From Vicugna vicugna (Eukaryota): DNA of 64,000 bases. The stretch's first letter is position 1, and each line of letters opens with the position of its first letter. The notes beneath the pieces were generated by a model. It was not told the DNA's origin. It ran no database searches and saw nothing but the letters and a program-made list of their open reading frames with translations. Shown here in pieces: positions 23,500 to 37,149 of this stretch. The stretch covers positions 434,001 through 498,000 of the forward strand of contig MU057744.1 in the NCBI GenBank assembly GCA_013265495.1. The letters are read 5' to 3'. The position numbers were made by a program, and so were the translations under genes.

Positions 23500-26080
23500 T
23501 AAAGGCAAAAACCTCAACAAAATATTAGGAAACTGAGTCCAATGATACATAAAAAGGATCATACACCATGTTCAAGTTGGACTCATTCCAGGTCACAAGG
23601 ATGATTCAACTTACAAAAAAAAAATTAATGTGATACACCATATTAACAGAAGGAAAGATAAAAACCACATGATCATCGCAATAGATCCAGAAAAAGCAGC
23701 TGAAAAACATTAAACATCCATTCATGATAAAAACCCTTACCAAAGTGGGTATAGAGGGAGCGTATCTCAACATAATAAAAACCATTCATGGCAAACCCAC
23801 GGGCAACCTAATACTCAAGGGTAAAAAGGTGAAAGCATTCTCAGTAAATTAAGGGACAAGACAAGGATGCCACTCTCACCACTTCTATTCAACATAGTAT
23901 TGAAAGTCCTAGCTACAGCAATCAGACAAGAAAAAGAAATAAAACATTTCCACATTGAAAGGGAAGAGGTAAAACTCACTATTAGCAAACGACATGAAAC
24001 TCATAGAGAGCCCTAAAGCCTCTAGACAAAAACTATCAGAACTCAGAAATGGCTTCAGCAAGGTAACAGGATACAAGATTAATATACAGAAATCTGTTCC
24101 ATTTCTTTATACTAACAATGAAATATCAGAAAGTGAAAAAAAGTTCCATTTAAAATCATGTCAAAGGAGGGAGGGTGTACCTCAGAAGTAGTGTGTGCTT
24201 AGCATGCACGAGGTTCTGGGCTCAATCCTCAGTACTGCCATTGAAAATAGATGAATAAATAAACCTAATTACCTCCCCCTCCAAAAAAAATAAAATCACG
24301 TTAAAAAAATACTTGGGAATAAACTGAGGAGGTGAAAGACATACACTGAAAACTATAAAACCTTGATAAAGGAAACTGAAGATGATTCAAAGAAATGGGA
24401 AGCTATCCCATGCTCTTGGATTAGAGAAGTAATACTATTAAAATGGCCATACTCTCCAAAGCAATCTACAGATTCAGTGCAATCCCTATCAAAATACCCA
24501 GGACATTTTTCACAGAACCAGAACAAATAATCCTAAAATTTGTATGTAACCACAAGACCCAGAATGGCCAAAGCAATCCTCAGGAAAAAGAAGAAAACTA
24601 GAGGCATAACCCTTCCAGATGTCAGACAACACTACAAAGCTACAGTGCTCAAAACAGCATGGCACTAGTACAAAAACAGACACACAGATCAGTGACACAG
24701 AAAAGCGAGCCCAGAAATAAACCCACACACTTACAGTCAACGAGTATGTGACAAAGGAGGCAAGAATATACAATGGAGAAGAGACAGTCTCTTTGGCAAG
24801 TGGTGTTGGGAACACTGGACAGCCATATGCAAATCAATGAAATCAGAATGCTCCCTCACACCATACACAAAAACTCAAAATGGTTTAAAGATCTAAATAG
24901 AAGACATGACACCATAAAACTCCTAAAAGAGAACATGGACAAAACATTCTCAAATATAAATCATAGCAATTTTTTTCTTAGATGTCTCCCAAGGCAAAAG
25001 AAATAAAAGTAAAAATAAACAAGACCTAACCAAACTTAAAAGCAAAACGAAAAGACAGCCTATGGAATGGAAGAAAATATTTGCAAACGATGCCACTGAC
25101 AAGGGTTTTATGTACAAAATACACAAACAGCTTATACAACTCAGTATCAAAGAAACAAACAAACCAATCAAAAAAATGGGCAGAACACCCAAACAGTTAT
25201 TTCTCCAAAGACATCCAGATGGCCAACGGCACATGAAGAGGCTCAACATGGCTAATTATTAGAGAAATGCAAATCAAAACCACAATTTGTTATCACCTCA
25301 CCTGTCAGAACGGCTATCACAGAAAAGTCTACAAATAATAAATGCTAGAGAGGGTGTGGAGAAAAAGGAAGCTTCCTACACTGCTAGTGGGAAGGTAAAT
25401 TGGTGCAGCCACTATGGAGAACAGTACAGAGGTTTCTCAAAAAACTAGAATTACAGCTACCATATGATCCGGCAATCCTACTCCTGGGAATATATCTGGA
25501 AAAGATGAAAACTCCAATTTAAAAAGATACCTGCACCCCAATGTTCACAGCAGAACCATTTACAAGAGCCAAGACAGAAACAACCAAAGTGTCCATCAAT
25601 AGTCAACTGGCTTAAGAAACCGTGGTATATACACAGTGGAATATTACTCAGCCAAAAAAGAATGAAATATTGCCACCTGCAGGAACATGGATGGACTTAA
25701 GAGAATATCTTATTAAGTAAAGTAAGTCAGACAGAGAAAGACAAATATTATATGCTATCACTTATACGTGGAATCTAAAAAATACTACATATGACTATAG
25801 AAATACTCACAGAAATAGAGAACAAATTTATGGTTACCAAAGGGGAAAGGGAGGTGGGGAGGGATAAATTAGGAGTATGGGACTAATAGATACAAACTAT
25901 TGTACACAAAATAGATAAGTAACAAGGATTTACTGCAGAGCACAGGAAACTATATTTAATATCTCAAAGTGACAATAAGTAATAATAAAAATAATCTGAA
26001 AAATATATACATAACTGTATCACTTTGCTGTACACCTGAAACTAACACAATATTGTAAATCAACCCCACTTTAATTAAGA
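23500..26080 (+). mobile_element. Truncated, degenerate L1 (~2.5 kb; RT region to 3' end)
   Basis: gggacaagacaaggatgc-cactctcaccacttctattcaacatagta ([16 protein letters not shown] region), ORF2 pieces such as MEWKKIFANDATDKG, and 3'UTR; many frameshifts. Confidence 0.93.
24166..24290 (+). mobile_element. Vic-1-like SINE nested in L1 ORF2
   Basis: Degenerate A/B boxes; TSD TAAAATCATGTCAAA (24151) / TAAAATCACGTTAAA (24291). Confidence 0.82.
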
Positions 26081-26264
26081 AAGAAATCAGACTGAAGAAC
26101 TGGATAGAATGGAAACGCCCCAGAACAGGAGGCCAGTAAAGTAACTGCACATCAGACGACAGAGAAAAGAGATATTAAAAATGACATTTTAGAAGAGTAT
26201 TTACTGACCTGGATATATAATCACCATAAATTGCTCAGTGATAAATCAGGTTGCAAAAAGTAAT

Positions 26265-26758
26265 AAACTGATGAAATGAAATTTATATTTTAAGGCAAGA
26301 CAAGAGAAATGAAACATAAAATTCTCTTTCTCTCTGTCTGTTTGGACCTCCTTCCCTCCCTCCCTAATCTGCATTACCTATCAACCAAATTCCCTCAAAG
26401 ATGGGAGTGCCTGCTCGACCATGAAGATCAATTTTTTCCCCTTTCTTCAGATGCTAACAATGTTGCTTCTTAAAAGAGCAGTGTTCTTTCCCAGGGCTGT
26501 AGAGGGTTATGGTGACTTGCTGTTTCTACCTGTTTACCTGGACTATGTACATATCCTGGGTGAACTTCTTGTAAAATGTTGATGTGCCATTCTGATGTAT
26601 GATCCTTTGTCCCAAAAATGTATATGACTGTGCCTTCGACTTCTAATGGGTGGAACAGTTCTCAGAGTTTCTGAGAGCCTATCTCCCGGGTTATAATCCT
26701 CAGTTTGGCTCAAATAAAATTCCCTTTTTTCTTCTAGTTGGTTGAAATTTCGTCAAGA
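26265..26758 (+). mobile_element. Solo LTR (ERV-type), family A
   Basis: AATAAA near the 3' end; homologous to the reverse complement of 58814-59738 (e.g. ggtggaacagttctcagag..aatcctc..ttggct..aataaaattcc). Confidence 0.8.
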
Positions 26759-27120
26759 ATATGTACATTAGAACCATAGTTTTATAAAAAGAACAATAGG
26801 TAAACAGATGGAAAAACATGAAAATGCAGTGGTTATAGATTATTTAAATTTTCTTCTTTATACTTTTCTATATTTTCCGAATTTTTCTAAATAAGTACTA
26901 CTTTTATGGACAGAAAAACTGTGTTATTTTCAAAACAAGATTTAAAACTCCCAGATAAGGGCACCTACTTTCTCATACCCTCCCTTTAAGTTCTACCTTT
27001 CTCTTTGAGGAGCCTTAAGTATGCTCTGTGCCTCGAAATATGTCTGATTCACTCTCATACATTTAAGGTTTGGAAAAAGATTCTACATGGAGTAAGGAGT
27101 GCACACATAAGCTGTATCTT

Positions 27121-27209
27121 TTTTTTTTTTAATGGAGGGACTGGGGATTGACCCTAGGACCTCGTGCATGCTAAGCATGTGCTCTACCCCTGAGCTATGC
27201 CCTCCCCTC
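27121..27209 (-). mobile_element. Vic-1-like SINE (short)
   Basis: 13-bp TSD TAAGCTGTATCTT at 27108-27120 and 27211-27223. Confidence 0.85.
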
Positions 27210-27344
27210 GTAAGCTGTATCTTAAACACTTGCAAATTCAATTCATATGTCTTTGTATTTCCTAACTAAAATATTGTTTGATCATGTCTTAACTTTCCTT
27301 TTACACACCAAATGAGCAAACCTCATTTTACATTTTTTAAATAA

Positions 27345-27470
27345 AATAAGTTAGGCTTATTTATGCATTTAAACAATTTGTTTGTTTTTTTTTTGGTAGA
27401 AGTGCTGGGGATTGAACCCAGGACCTGTGCATGCTAAGCACGTGCTCTACCACTGAGATGTACCCTCCCT
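27345..27470 (-). mobile_element. Vic-1-like SINE
   Basis: GGGGATTGAACCCAGG...CACTGAGATGTACCCTCCC. Confidence 0.8.
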
Positions 27471-27479
27471 GCAACAGCA

Positions 27480-28150
27480 GCATTATTAACAGTAACCAAA
27501 AGCTGGAAAGAACCCAAATGTTCATCAAAGGATGAATGGACAAATAAACTGGATGGACAAATACATATAATGAAATACTATTTAGCCAAACAAATCAATG
27601 AAATTCTGACACACACCACACGAGACAAAACTTCATATGCTAAGCGAAATAAGCCACACACAAAATTGGGACAAATACTGTATGATTCTACTTACACGAA
27701 TGAAATAGCTTGAATAGTCAAATTCATAGAGACAGAAGGTGTAAGAGAAGCTGCCAGAGGCTGAGGGATGGAGGGATGGGGAGTTGGGCTTTAATGCACA
27801 GAGTTCCTGTTTGGGATAATGAACAAGCTCTGGAAATGGATGGTGGTGACAGTTGCACGATATTGTGGGTGTACTTAACGCTACTGCATTTGTACACTTA
27901 AAAATGGTTAATACAGACTACCACGTACAGAGCAGATAAACAACAAGGCCCTACTGTACAGCGTGGGAACTATACTCAACGGCCCGCAGTAAACCTATAA
28001 TGAAAAGAACACATATATAAATGCATAACTGAATCACTATGCTGCGCACCAGAAACGAATACAACACTGTAAATCAACTCAACTTCAATAAAAAATGGTT
28101 AAGATGGTAAATTACATTATGTGTATCTTACCATAATTTAAAAATAAATA
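27480..28150 (+). mobile_element. Old L1MB-like 3' end interrupted by a younger L1 3' end (27912-28090)
   Basis: TSD AAAAATGGTTAA at ~27900-27911 and ~28091-28102. Confidence 0.8.
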
Positions 28151-30299
28151 AATAAGTGTTCAAGGTTATGTGAGCAAAAAACCCCCCAAAATCACTTGAC
28201 AATGAGGCTGTGGCTGGGCTGTGGTCCCTCAGGGCCACCTCTCTCCCTGGCAGTCCCGGTCACCTCTTCAACGGCAAAGCTCTGCCATCTCTGAACCAAA
28301 TCTGACGTGCTGTCACTGGAATTAGCACAGAGTCTGAGATGCCTCGGGCGGCCTCTCCCGGGATCAGGGAGCCGTGTTTCCATAACCCAGTCACCGCAGG
28401 ACCAGGACGCCCATCTCTTGAATACCGTCTGAGTAACACACGGGACTTTGAGTTGCCTTCCGATCTCTCCTCCTCCTTTTAGAGACTGCGCATGTTCCGT
28501 TAGTGACTCTTGAAGCGCCTTTCCCCGTGGGGGCATGTGGTCCCCACAAAGACCCCCAGGGGAGGTGATGGTCACAGGTGGGCACCTGTTATCATGGCGT
28601 GTATCTTCCTGCCAAAGTCGAACTCCCCAGTATGGCAACCGTCCCACCGCCAGAACCGCTGCTCACCGTCTTTCCGGTCCTCTGGCCACAGGCTGGATAG
28701 TTGGGGTCTAACTGCTCTGTCCCTGGTGTCTCCCACGCTGGGTGTGCTGGCCTCTCCAGGCACCCGGGCCCTGTACACACCACACCCGCTTTCTTCCCCT
28801 CGCTGCCTCTGTTGGGTTTCCCTGCAGCTCCCGCTGCCTCCTGGCTTCTGACAATTCATCTCCTGCTCACCTTAGTTCACCTCATCGCCTCGGCTGCACC
28901 CCCAGTCCCTTTCACGACCTGTACCTGCATACCCGGCATCTTCCCGCGACAACCTGCAACTCCTCTGTCAGATTCAAAGGCTCAAAATGAGCCAGGCTAG
29001 TTCATACCAGCCTTCCCTTCTCCTCAGTGCCACCTCATCACCAGCTCCCAGCTCACGACCCCCAGGCGACTTCTCTGAGCAACACTGCGGGAACGTCCCA
29101 CTTGGGTTTCCACCCCAGGACCGCGCTGAGGGCAGAGCAGGTGCTCAGGGATGTTTGTCTAAACAGTGAATCTCCCCACATCTTCTCAGCAGATGTCTGT
29201 CCTGTCTTTGAACCGCTAGAGTGCTGACTGTCTGCCTCAGACCCGCTTCCACACCCCCCACCCCCGCTTTCAGGACAGTTCCGTTTCTGGCCCCTCCTCT
29301 GACCCGGTGATCAGGGACTGGCGTCCGATTTGCAGCTGGTCTCAGTGTGCGCACGATGCGGCTGGTCCGCTTGCACCCAGCGTGGGTCACCCTGCATTTC
29401 CTCCTTGCTTTGTACACACGTGTCACTTTGTGCATGTTTACTGCCTCCTTGGAGAGCTTGGACCCGGAAGCCCTGGGAAAGGGGATAGCTTTCCTGATGG
29501 AGACATGTGCTGGCGCTCCCCGGCCAGAGCTCTCGGCGGGGGGGAGCCTCGGGGAGGGGGGGCTGCTCCCTCTGCCCGCAGAAGGCTTTTGGTGTCACCC
29601 ACTGCCCCAGGGAGTCTGTCTTATTTGAATCCCAGACGCCTGGGTACCCTGGTCCCCAAAGACCACAGACACACTGGACTCACGTGTCCTGCTGTCAGAT
29701 CTATTACAGTCAATGAGCCTCAGCTGCATCCCAGAGCCACACACTTCACCCGGCCTCCCCCTCGCTTCTCAGTGGCATCTGGAGGAGAGGTGGCTTCATC
29801 TCGTGTCAGCTCTCCCAGCGTGAAGAGACGTACACTCACCAGCGAAATGAACACGGCTGCCAGCCTTCCTCCCTTTCCCTAAAGGCACGTTCGACACGCA
29901 CAGTGCAGGGTTCGGTACTTCACTCCGACAGCCCCCATCAAAACATCCGACACTGGTCCAACCTCAAAGTCACAGAATCAGGCGGGAAAACGATGCTGGA
30001 TCTCACGGTTAAACTCTCTCGCTCATTGGCCTGACAACGGTGCCAAACAGAGCTGAGATGAGTATGAGTCTATTTTTGGCAACTCCTGACGGAATCCATG
30101 CACACTGTGTATTCTGCATTACCCGAATCCTTGGGCACACTCAGAACTCCAGAGCAAACAGGCGTCTGCAAATGTTACAGCTGCCAGGGTTGGCCGGGTG
30201 CTCTAGAGGGTGACTCTCACAAGACCGCAGGGCAAAGGGGAGGAATGATCTGAGCTGCGTGCTGGTTGGGGGGCCAGGCTGACTTGCCCGTGTGCTTAC

Positions 30300-30398
30300 C
30301 TTCACCCTGTCCATGCAGGCCTCCATCTTCAGCTGCTCCACGGCCCTCCTGGCCTGCGAGATGCTCATGGTGCTGTTACTGGACATGCCTTCTTTCAT
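30300..30398 (-). CDS. GNG4: GNG4 first coding exon (aa 1-33); whole exon 30300-30408 including 10 nt of 5'UTR
   Basis: Minus strand reads MKEGMSSNSTMSISQARRAVEQLKMEACMDRVK, the G-gamma-4 N-terminus. Acceptor ttgtttcAG|GGGCAGCGGA-ATG (AG at 30410-30409); phase-0 donor AAG|GTAAGC at 30299. Confidence 0.97.
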
Positions 30399-31521
30399 TC
30401 CGCTGCCCCTGAAACAACCCAAGTTCAGGGGCTGGAAGAGCTGCTTTTCCAAAAGTAAGACAGAGACCACCCCCCAGCTCCCACCCCCTCCCCATTCCTG
30501 CAGCATCTCTGTCCAGGCTGGGGAGCAGCGGGAGCCGACCTTCCTGGGGTAAGAAAGGACGCTTCATCAGAGCGATGGGAGCAGGGTGTTGGGCTTTTGC
30601 TTGTAAGACTTCCCAGCGCTGGCGAGAGGGAGCAGAAGGTGACAGGGGGTCCCAGAGTTACTTTCCTGCCCCCGCGACCATAATGAGACCTTGGCATCTG
30701 TACCGTGCTTTGTTCACAATAAATCATTTTCATACACCCTGGTTTACTCATTCTTCTAGCAGCCCTTAAAACTGCAAACTTTACAAAATACACTGAGTTT
30801 TGTTTTGTACGTAAAGAAAGTGAAAACCACAGAGCAGCTAAGCCAAGGGCCAAAGGTCCTGCAGCCAAATTTCGTGGACCCAGAACCCAAACTCAACGTT
30901 TCGAAGCCCAGTTAGAGGTTCTTTCTACTGTCTGTGGAAAATACGGCGCCCCCTAGCCACCTGTAGTGTGAAATGCAAGTTTCCCCCAAATGGGCTTGCT
31001 GGGTTATTAATCTGAATTTGCTGTCATTCCATAAAGTTGACATACTTTTATGTTGGGAGTTTGTTTTTAAGCAAGAACACACACGTACACACGTAATGGA
31101 TTTGTTTTTCTAGAAGGCGGAAGAAATTCTCCCTGCCCCGACCGGTGATCACGCTGGAGGCCCACTGTGATGCTGACTGTCCCACAAGAAAGCACGCGCC
31201 GTAGACTACAGTTACCCCATCTAATGAGAAGGTGCCTGGAGGGGGCCCACCACTTCAGCCCGAGAGCCGGGGGTGGGTCACATGGTGACAGTGGTTTTCA
31301 CCAGTGCACAGGGAGGTGTGGGAGGCTTGGCCAGGCCTGCGGAGGGCAGGCCACTCCCTGGGCTTTCTGACAAACACACTAACTCTCTGGCCCGGATGAG
31401 GAGTGATGGCAACTTCATTTGTCCACAGGCAATGTTTGAAAAAAATAAAACTTTCTCTTTTCTTCCCTAAAAGGGTGTTGGAAGAAATTGCAATTTATTG
31501 AAAATCTGGATCCAATATGTA

Positions 31522-33005
31522 TTTTTTTAATTGAAGTATAGTTGACTTACAATGTTGTTAGTTTCTGGTGTACAGCATAGTGATTCAGTTATATGCATAT
31601 ATACATATATATATATATATTCCTTTTCATATTCTTTTTCTTCATAGGCTGTTACAAGGTATTGAATGAATATAGTTCCCTGTGCTGTACAGTAGGACCT
31701 TGTTGCTTATCTGTTTTATATACAGTAGTGTGTATCTGCTAATCTCAAACGCCCAATTTATTCCCCCCACCTTACCCCCTTGGTAACCATAAATCTGTTT
31801 TCTATGTCCGTGAGTTGTTTCTATTTTGCAAATATGTTCATTTGTGTCATTTTTTAAGATTCCACATATAAGTGATATCATATGATATTTGTCTTTGTTT
31901 GACTTGCTTCACTTAGTATGATAATCTGCATGTCCATCCATGTTGCTACAAATGGCTTTATTTTATTCTTTTTATGGCTGAGTAGTATTCCATTGTGCAT
32001 ATATACCACAGCTTCTTTATCCAGTCATCTGTGGATGGACATTCAGGTCACTTCCCTGTCTTGGCTGTTGTAAATAGTGCTGCTGTGAACATGGGGGTGC
32101 TTGTATCTTTTTATTTATTTTTATTTTCATTTTTTAACATTTTTTATTGATTTATAATCATTTTACAATGTTGTGTCAAATTCCAGTGTTCAGCACAATT
32201 TTTCAGTCATTCATGGACATATACACACTCATTGTCACATTTTTTTCTCTGTGAGTTATCATAACATTTTGTGTATATTTCCCTGTGCTATACAGTGTAA
32301 TCTTGTTTATCTATTCTACAATTTTTGAAATCCCAGTCTATCCCTTCCCACCCTCCACCCTCCTGGCAACCACAAGTCTGTATTCTCTGTCTATGAGTCT
32401 ATTTCTGTCCTGTATTTATGCTTTGTTTTTGTTTGTTTGTTTTTGTTTTTGTTTTTTAGATTCCACATATGAGTGATCTCATATTGTATTTTTCTTTCTC
32501 TTTCTGGCTTACTTCACTTAGAATGACATTCTCCAGGAGCATCCATGTTGCTGCAAATGGCATTATGTTGTCAGTTTTTATGGCTGAATAGTATTCCATT
32601 GTATAAATATACCACATCTTCTTTATCCAGTCATCTGTTGATGGACATTTAGGCTGTTTCCATGTTTTGGCTATTGTAAATAGTGCTGCTATGAACATTG
32701 GGGTGCAGGTGTCATCCTGAAGTAGATTTCCTTCTGGATACAAGCCCAGGAGTGGGATTCCTGGGTCATATGGTAAGTCTATTCCTAGTCTTTTGAGGAA
32801 TCTCCACACTGTTTTCCATAGTGGCTGCACCAAACTGCATTCCCACCAGCAGTGTAGGAGGGTTCCCCTTTCTCCACAGCCTCTCCAGCATTTGTCATTT
32901 GTGGATTTTTGAATGACAGCCATTCTGACTGGTGTGAGGTGATACCTCATTGTATCTTTTTAAATTAGAGTTTCCTCTGGTATCTGCCCAGGGGTGGGAC
33001 TCCTG
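31522..33005 (-). mobile_element. L1 3' end (outer) interrupted by a younger L1
   Basis: Outer element 31522-32112 resumes at 32962. Confidence 0.85.
32113..32949 (-). mobile_element. Young 5'-truncated L1 with uninterrupted ORF2 C-terminus
   Basis: ORF 32456-32950 (164 aa) includes [18 protein letters not shown] and ends SLICGI*; perfect TSD TTGTATCTTTTT at 32101-32112 and 32950-32961. Confidence 0.95.
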
Positions 33006-35954
33006 CTGCTACTACGTAATTAACATACCAAAACATTCATCATTTTAAAGCAGACATTTCAGTGCTTTGGGTACATGCATAAGGTTGTGCAGCTGCCACG
33101 ATTAACTGCAGAATTTTCCATCCGTCTCAGAAAGGTGACACTCCTAACGTGCTTCCCGTCTATGGATCTGCCTATTCTGGACACTTCACGTCAAGCGATA
33201 CACACGGTGTTCTCTTTCGTGTCTGGCTGCTGTCACTCGGCAGAAACTTTTCAAGGTTCAGCAGCAAGTACCAGTGCTTCATTCCCTCTCATGGGTGAAT
33301 CATGTTCCACTGTACTGGGAGCTATATCGAATTTTATTTACAAGATTCTGCGTTTCCAGCAAGCTCCCAGTTGCTGCTGGTCCGCCGGCCAGCAAGGCTC
33401 TGAATCACCGGAAGTCACTATCAGAAAGGAGCTCAGGACTCCAGGTGCAACCTTCTCATTTTTAAAATTCTCATGGAGGTGAAATAACTTAATTTTGCAG
33501 AGTTCGTTAGTGGAAGCAGAAGGAAACACTTTCCTGATCTCTGCCACCCTCCTCGGCCCAGTGGGACCTTCGGGGCCGGAAGAGGGATCCCCCACACCCT
33601 CGGTCCGTCCCTCTCCCAGGACAGACTCACCCCTCGGGTGATCCTAACCCAGCCTAACTTAGGCCTGAGACGGCAGGGAGGGGCCACCCTCACCCCGCCC
33701 GGTAGGCAAGGTAACCCAGGAAGGTACTGGTACTGGAGAAGGAGATGGCTTTTGTTGAACGGAGCTAAAGGCAACCGAATCTTTTAAAGATATGACCTCA
33801 CGGGAAGGTACCTGAGGGTCCCCCTTTCCCACCTGGCCAGGCACCTCTTAGATCCCGGATGAGTAACATCTCTGCCCTTTCGAGACCATCCAGACACCAC
33901 ACCTCCACGTGGGCTGATGCATGTCTCTCTCCAAGTGCACGTGTGCGTGGACACCCACCTCAACCCAAGAGGGAAGTGGGAGTTGGGGGCAGTGGGGATG
34001 GAATGAGATGGCAGACCACGCACTTGGCCCTTGGCTTTTAGAAGATGAGACAGAAGGGAAAACGTGCCAACTACTCAGGGGACAGGCCCTGTCACTGCCG
34101 TGGCCAGATGTCTTTCTCCTGGGCACGCGGGGTCCACTCACATGGATGGCTTTCCTGGGGGGTTCTGATGGGCTGCACGCTGTGGTGTATACCTCGCTCA
34201 GCCCAGAGTCAGGGGCAGGGCAGTCTCCAGTGTTCTGATCTGCCGTGACTTGGGAAACAGTGCTTAGAATTTCTGGATGTGTGGATGTTACTGTGCCTTT
34301 TCAGCCACCCTCCCTGCACGACTTGTCTCCACAAGCCCCTGGTAAGGGCTGGCTGGGGGAATGCCCGAGAGACAGCCCACTGGGCCTGAAGGGACCAGGC
34401 AGCTTAGGCTGCAGGGGGCAGGTGGGCGGGCGCACTGGTTGGCCCCCTCCCCACTCTGTCACAGCCCGCTGCTGAGCCAGGGTGCCTCCCTGAGGAACGC
34501 CTCTTTTCCTGGGGCGGTGCACACAACCTGATTTCCCAGCCAAGGCCAGCAATGCATGGAGGTGGCTTGGTTCTCCACCCACTGCTCCCCCAAGACGGGG
34601 CACATCCACTCCCCTGGGGGGACAATGAGAGGAGGGGTGCCTTGTAAGACAGGCTACATGGGGGATGGTGACCACTGCAGGAAGGAAGTGCTGGGGGGAA
34701 GATCTGGCCACACTTCAGGGACCCCGATGGCCCAGCCTCTCCCCAGCCCCCCCACGTGCTGAGGGCAGAGCACCTGCTCCCCAGGGAGAACCCGCCCTTG
34801 CACAGCACACCTCACTTCCTCACCTGTGAGAGGCAGCGCGGTCACAGGTCCGGGCAGGGGACAGTCTGGGGACGGCAGCTGGCAGCTGTCAGATGAGAGG
34901 CTGACTCGGGGCTCCTGCTTTGAGGCTCACCTGGAAGCACAACCAGAGAGGGGTCACCAGGTGCGGCAGACGCCAGGTGTCCTCCAGACCGCCTGGCTCC
35001 CTCGGTGCCCCGTCCCGGTGCCCAGCAGCTGTCTCTGCAAGCCCGGCTCGCCCTCATCACAGGGGACACAGAGAACCAAAGGCAGAAAGAGCAGAGGGGA
35101 ACACCTGGAGGCCACAGGCCACCCCCACCCTGCACGCTGCCCTCCTCCTCCTCCCCCTTTCTGTCCCTGCCCCAGCCAGACCTCTGCCAGCCAGAAACAG
35201 TTTAGATGACTTTTTTCCTTATTATGAAAAGGTATGTCCTTTGAAGAAAAACGTGAAGCTAGAGAACGTTGCAACAAAGAAAATGAAGACGGATTGTAAC
35301 GCATTTTCGCTGAGAGAACTATGGTTAACACGCTGACGACCGTGACTCTTACACACAGCAGGAAAAACCCACTCCGACCACAGGGCGTTTAGACGAGACG
35401 ATCGGATTGAGGGCTTTAAAGCAGGGGGTTCTTCACAGAGACAAGCAGCCCTGCCACCTCCCTCCTCCAGAAAGGCCGGCTCGGGGACAGTGGGCTCCCT
35501 CCCGGGTCCCCAGCATCCTGACCTACAGCAGCCAACCCCTGGGATCCCAGGGGACCTGGAGCAAAGACAAAGGCCACACAGGAATGGGGCGATGCTGCGG
35601 CTCCACGTGGGGCGTGGGCTGAGGTCGCGCTCAGCACCTTTCCCCGCCCCGCTGCACGCACCTGCCCTTTCCCGCGGGCGCGTTTCTCCCCGTCTGGGTC
35701 ATCTGTTGCACCTGGACGCCCCCCTCGCCCCCAGAGCCGTGAGGCTTCTGCATAGTTTTACCCTTGTCTCCTCCCCTGTTTTTACCCTCTGCTATTAGCA
35801 AGCCCTTCGGGGTCTGTTCACCTGTTTCTTTGCACTTAGTGAACACTGCTCTCAAAACCCACTTGTTCTCTGTTTTCAAGCCACTCGTTTTCCAAATGGC
35901 ACAGGACCTTGACGGCTGGTCGGCCCCAGTTGTGGGGCCCATGGGGTTCCTGAC

Positions 35955-36062
35955 CTGAGACGCCGCCGAGGAGGCAGACAGGTTCTCCATCGTGAGCGTG
36001 CCCCGCCCCCACCAACTTCCAAAGGGAGGAGGGAAGGAGCCTAGAAGTGAGCGTGGGCTCAC
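35955..36062 (-). other. Candidate internal 5'UTR exon of GNG4 (108 nt)
   Basis: Minus-strand acceptor ccccatcctctAG| (36064-36063; alternative cacttctAG near 36041) and donor CAG|GTCAGG (35954), in a non-repeat, moderately CpG-rich block. No transcript evidence. Confidence 0.45.
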
Positions 36063-36459
36063 CTAGAGGATGGGGACGTAAACTGATGACTTGAAGGGGC
36101 AGTAGAAGTCCCGGTCCTGGAAGGGCTGGGGGGCTGGGGGGGTATTCGGGCCAGGTAGCGCCTGGGCCCAGACCAGCATGGCGGGCGGGCTAGGGGTGAG
36201 GGGACGGAGGACGGAGATCCCACACTCATCTGTGATGTTCTCCTTTGCTTTTTAGTTTGCCTTTTCAGATTTGAAGGAAAAAGACTCCAGTGCCAACAGA
36301 ACCAGTAAATTATTCTTTGCGGAGCCAGAGGCACAAAACTGCTGGGACTGTGCCTGAGGCTTCATCAAGTGAAACCTGGCAGAGTGGAGAAGTGACAGAC
36401 GAGCTGTTGAGTCCCCGGACACCAAACCACTGTGTAGTTTCTATGGAGAGCGCAGTCTC

Positions 36460-36578
36460 TTTGGTGGGGAGAAGGTAATTACGTTTATATATTTACTTAC
36501 TTAACGGAAGGACTGGGGATTGAACCCAAGAACTCGTGCATGCTGAGCACACGCTCCACCACTGAACAGTACCCCTCC
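36460..36578 (-). mobile_element. Vic-1-like SINE
   Basis: AGGTAATT...GGGGATTGAACCCAAG...TACCCCTCCC. Confidence 0.8.
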
Positions 36579-37149
36579 CGGCAAATGAGGCTGTTGGCCA
36601 TTGCGTTTCGCAAATTGTGGAGCCTGCTCTCAGGGAAACATCTGTCTACAGAGACAATGATACACATACGGCTCGTTCTGCAAGTTATCTCAACTGCATA
36701 CACCGTACGTCACACGCTATGCAGTCAAAGACGTCAGCACAAATTTAGTGGGTCATGTGCTTGATGGAAGAGAATGAGTTCATGCACCCCTCCCAGCGAG
36801 ACCCCTTTTCACCCCATCCGCAGTTATTTGACCATCCCGCAGGGCTGGGGGCATCCTCCAGCGTCAAGCAGACCAGTGGCTGCCGTGCGTCTAGATGCGC
36901 TGCCTCCCCCGCGGAGGGCTTATTCCCTCTGCTGTGGACTTCAGTGCCACGGCTCTCTGCGCCCTGCTAGGGGACAGCGGTGTACACACAGAGCGAGCTG
37001 TCCAGTTAGGACGCGGTGGGTCCACCCTCTGGGACCGGTTATAGGCAATACCGTTTCTAAAGACCCCAGCTGCTGGCCACTGCGTCTTATCTTACCACTT
37101 CCTCTTTTTTTTAAAAAAAATACAACACTTACATCAAAATGCCTGAATT

